Shown: piece after piece, positions 57,501-57,932 of the stretch
How positions within the stretch are numbered: the stretch's first letter is position 1
Layout of the letters: every line of letters starts with the position of its first letter
Assembly (NCBI GenBank): GCA_002339345.1
Contig: DDKM01000049.1
Location: 1-57,932 of the forward strand
DNA: 57,932 bases
Direction: 5' to 3'
Source of the DNA: Firmicutes bacterium UBA2598
GTDB taxonomy: Bacteria > Bacillota > PH28-bin88
Notes under the pieces: generated by a model
Databases searched by the model: none
Told to the model about the DNA's origin: nothing
The model's input: the letters and a program-made list of their open reading frames with translations, nothing else
Program-made: the position numbers and the translations under genes

Positions 57501-57932
57501 CTTTGGTCTTTTTGTGGTGTTGTGTTGGAGTTATTACTGCTAGCCGGGAGTACTTTACCGTTTGTGGCAGCCTGCGGTCCGGGGTAAATTGACCTCTTAC
57601 GGCCAGGTCCAGTATTCCCGTAGCCCCTACTACGTCACGGTGGACCCCGCTAAAGCCGCACTCCCTGTTTCCGCACCGGTAAACGCGCCCAAACTGCTTC
57701 GTGTACTCGCCGCATACCGGGCAGGTGCCGGAAGTGCCACGCTCTTCGATTTTCTCCAGAGAGATGCCGTGCCGCTTAAGTTTGTATTCCAACAGGTCGC
57801 GCAGCCGGCCGAAGCCCCACTGGCCCATCCGCTGGTTGTGGTGACGGCCGCAGTCCTGCTCCCTTACCCCCTGGGGATCGCCACAGTAAACCTTCTTTAT
57901 CCCGTTCTCCAGGCACCAGTCAACCGCTATTT
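57493..57932 (-). CDS. tnpB: TnpB RNA-guided endonuclease, C-terminal part (5' truncated)
   Basis: Frame open to the window edge: ...KKVYCGDPQG...LEYK...IEERGTSGTCPVCG...CGNREC..HRDVVGATGI. Confidence 0.88.
   Translation of the reverse strand, partial: IAVDWCLENGIKKVYCGDPQGVREQDCGRHHNQRMGQWGFGRLRDLLEYKLKRHGISLEKIEERGTSGTCPVCGEYTKQFGRVYRCGNRECGFSGVHRDVVGATGILDLAVRGQFTPDRRLPQTVKYSRLAVITPTQHHKKTKVA

Larger units (their letters stand above)
57305..57932 (-). mobile_element. Right part of an IS200/IS605-superfamily element (tnpB 3' end + right end), truncated by the window
   Basis: tnpB 3' end, then a structured region ending AGAAGCC-GCCGGG-CTTGT-CCCGG-AGGAGG-TTCAC. Confidence 0.8.

Noticed and set aside
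34-57543. Numerous plus-strand and alternate-frame ORFs in the track (e.g. 2166-2780, 7209-7829, 12824-13546, 56322-57020)
   Set aside because: They are shadows of well-supported minus-strand genes in GC-rich DNA and carry no recognisable motifs.

Overview
A 57.9 kb window from a spore-forming Firmicute (Clostridia-like, about 55-60% GC by eye), with almost all genes on the minus strand. The core (about 5.8-40.3 kb) is the conserved cell-wall/division/sporulation block: mraZ-rsmH-ftsL-spoVD-murEF-mraY-murD-spoVE-murG-murC-murB-murA-divIB-sbp-ftsAZ-spoIIGA-sigE-sigG-spoIIR-ylmC-nrdR-ylmDE-sepF-proC-ylmGH-divIVA-(T-box)ileS-pduL-yteA-lspA-rluD. The flanks are more unusual. (1) At the left end, a DNA amino-methyltransferase with permuted motif order lies upstream of a 644-aa nuclease-free protein that appears to have four RpoE/HARE-type winged helices, a B3/EcoRII-N-like barrel and a long coiled coil. 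(2) A sulfur-carrier operon (ThiF, sulfite-reductase-like, TusA, ThiS ending GGGF, CysK, M20 hydrolase, core methionine synthase) is interrupted by an apparently intact IS607 element whose empty site can be reconstructed. Its 570-aa TnpB has no Zn finger, has His at RuvC-III and is followed by a long candidate omegaRNA. (3) A second TnpB (IS200/IS605-type right end, rearranged RuvC-II) is cut by the right window edge. Three small genes missing from the ORF track and several sigA/sigH/sigF-type promoters were found by eye. No rRNA, tRNA or CRISPR array was seen. All family calls are motif recognition, not database searches.
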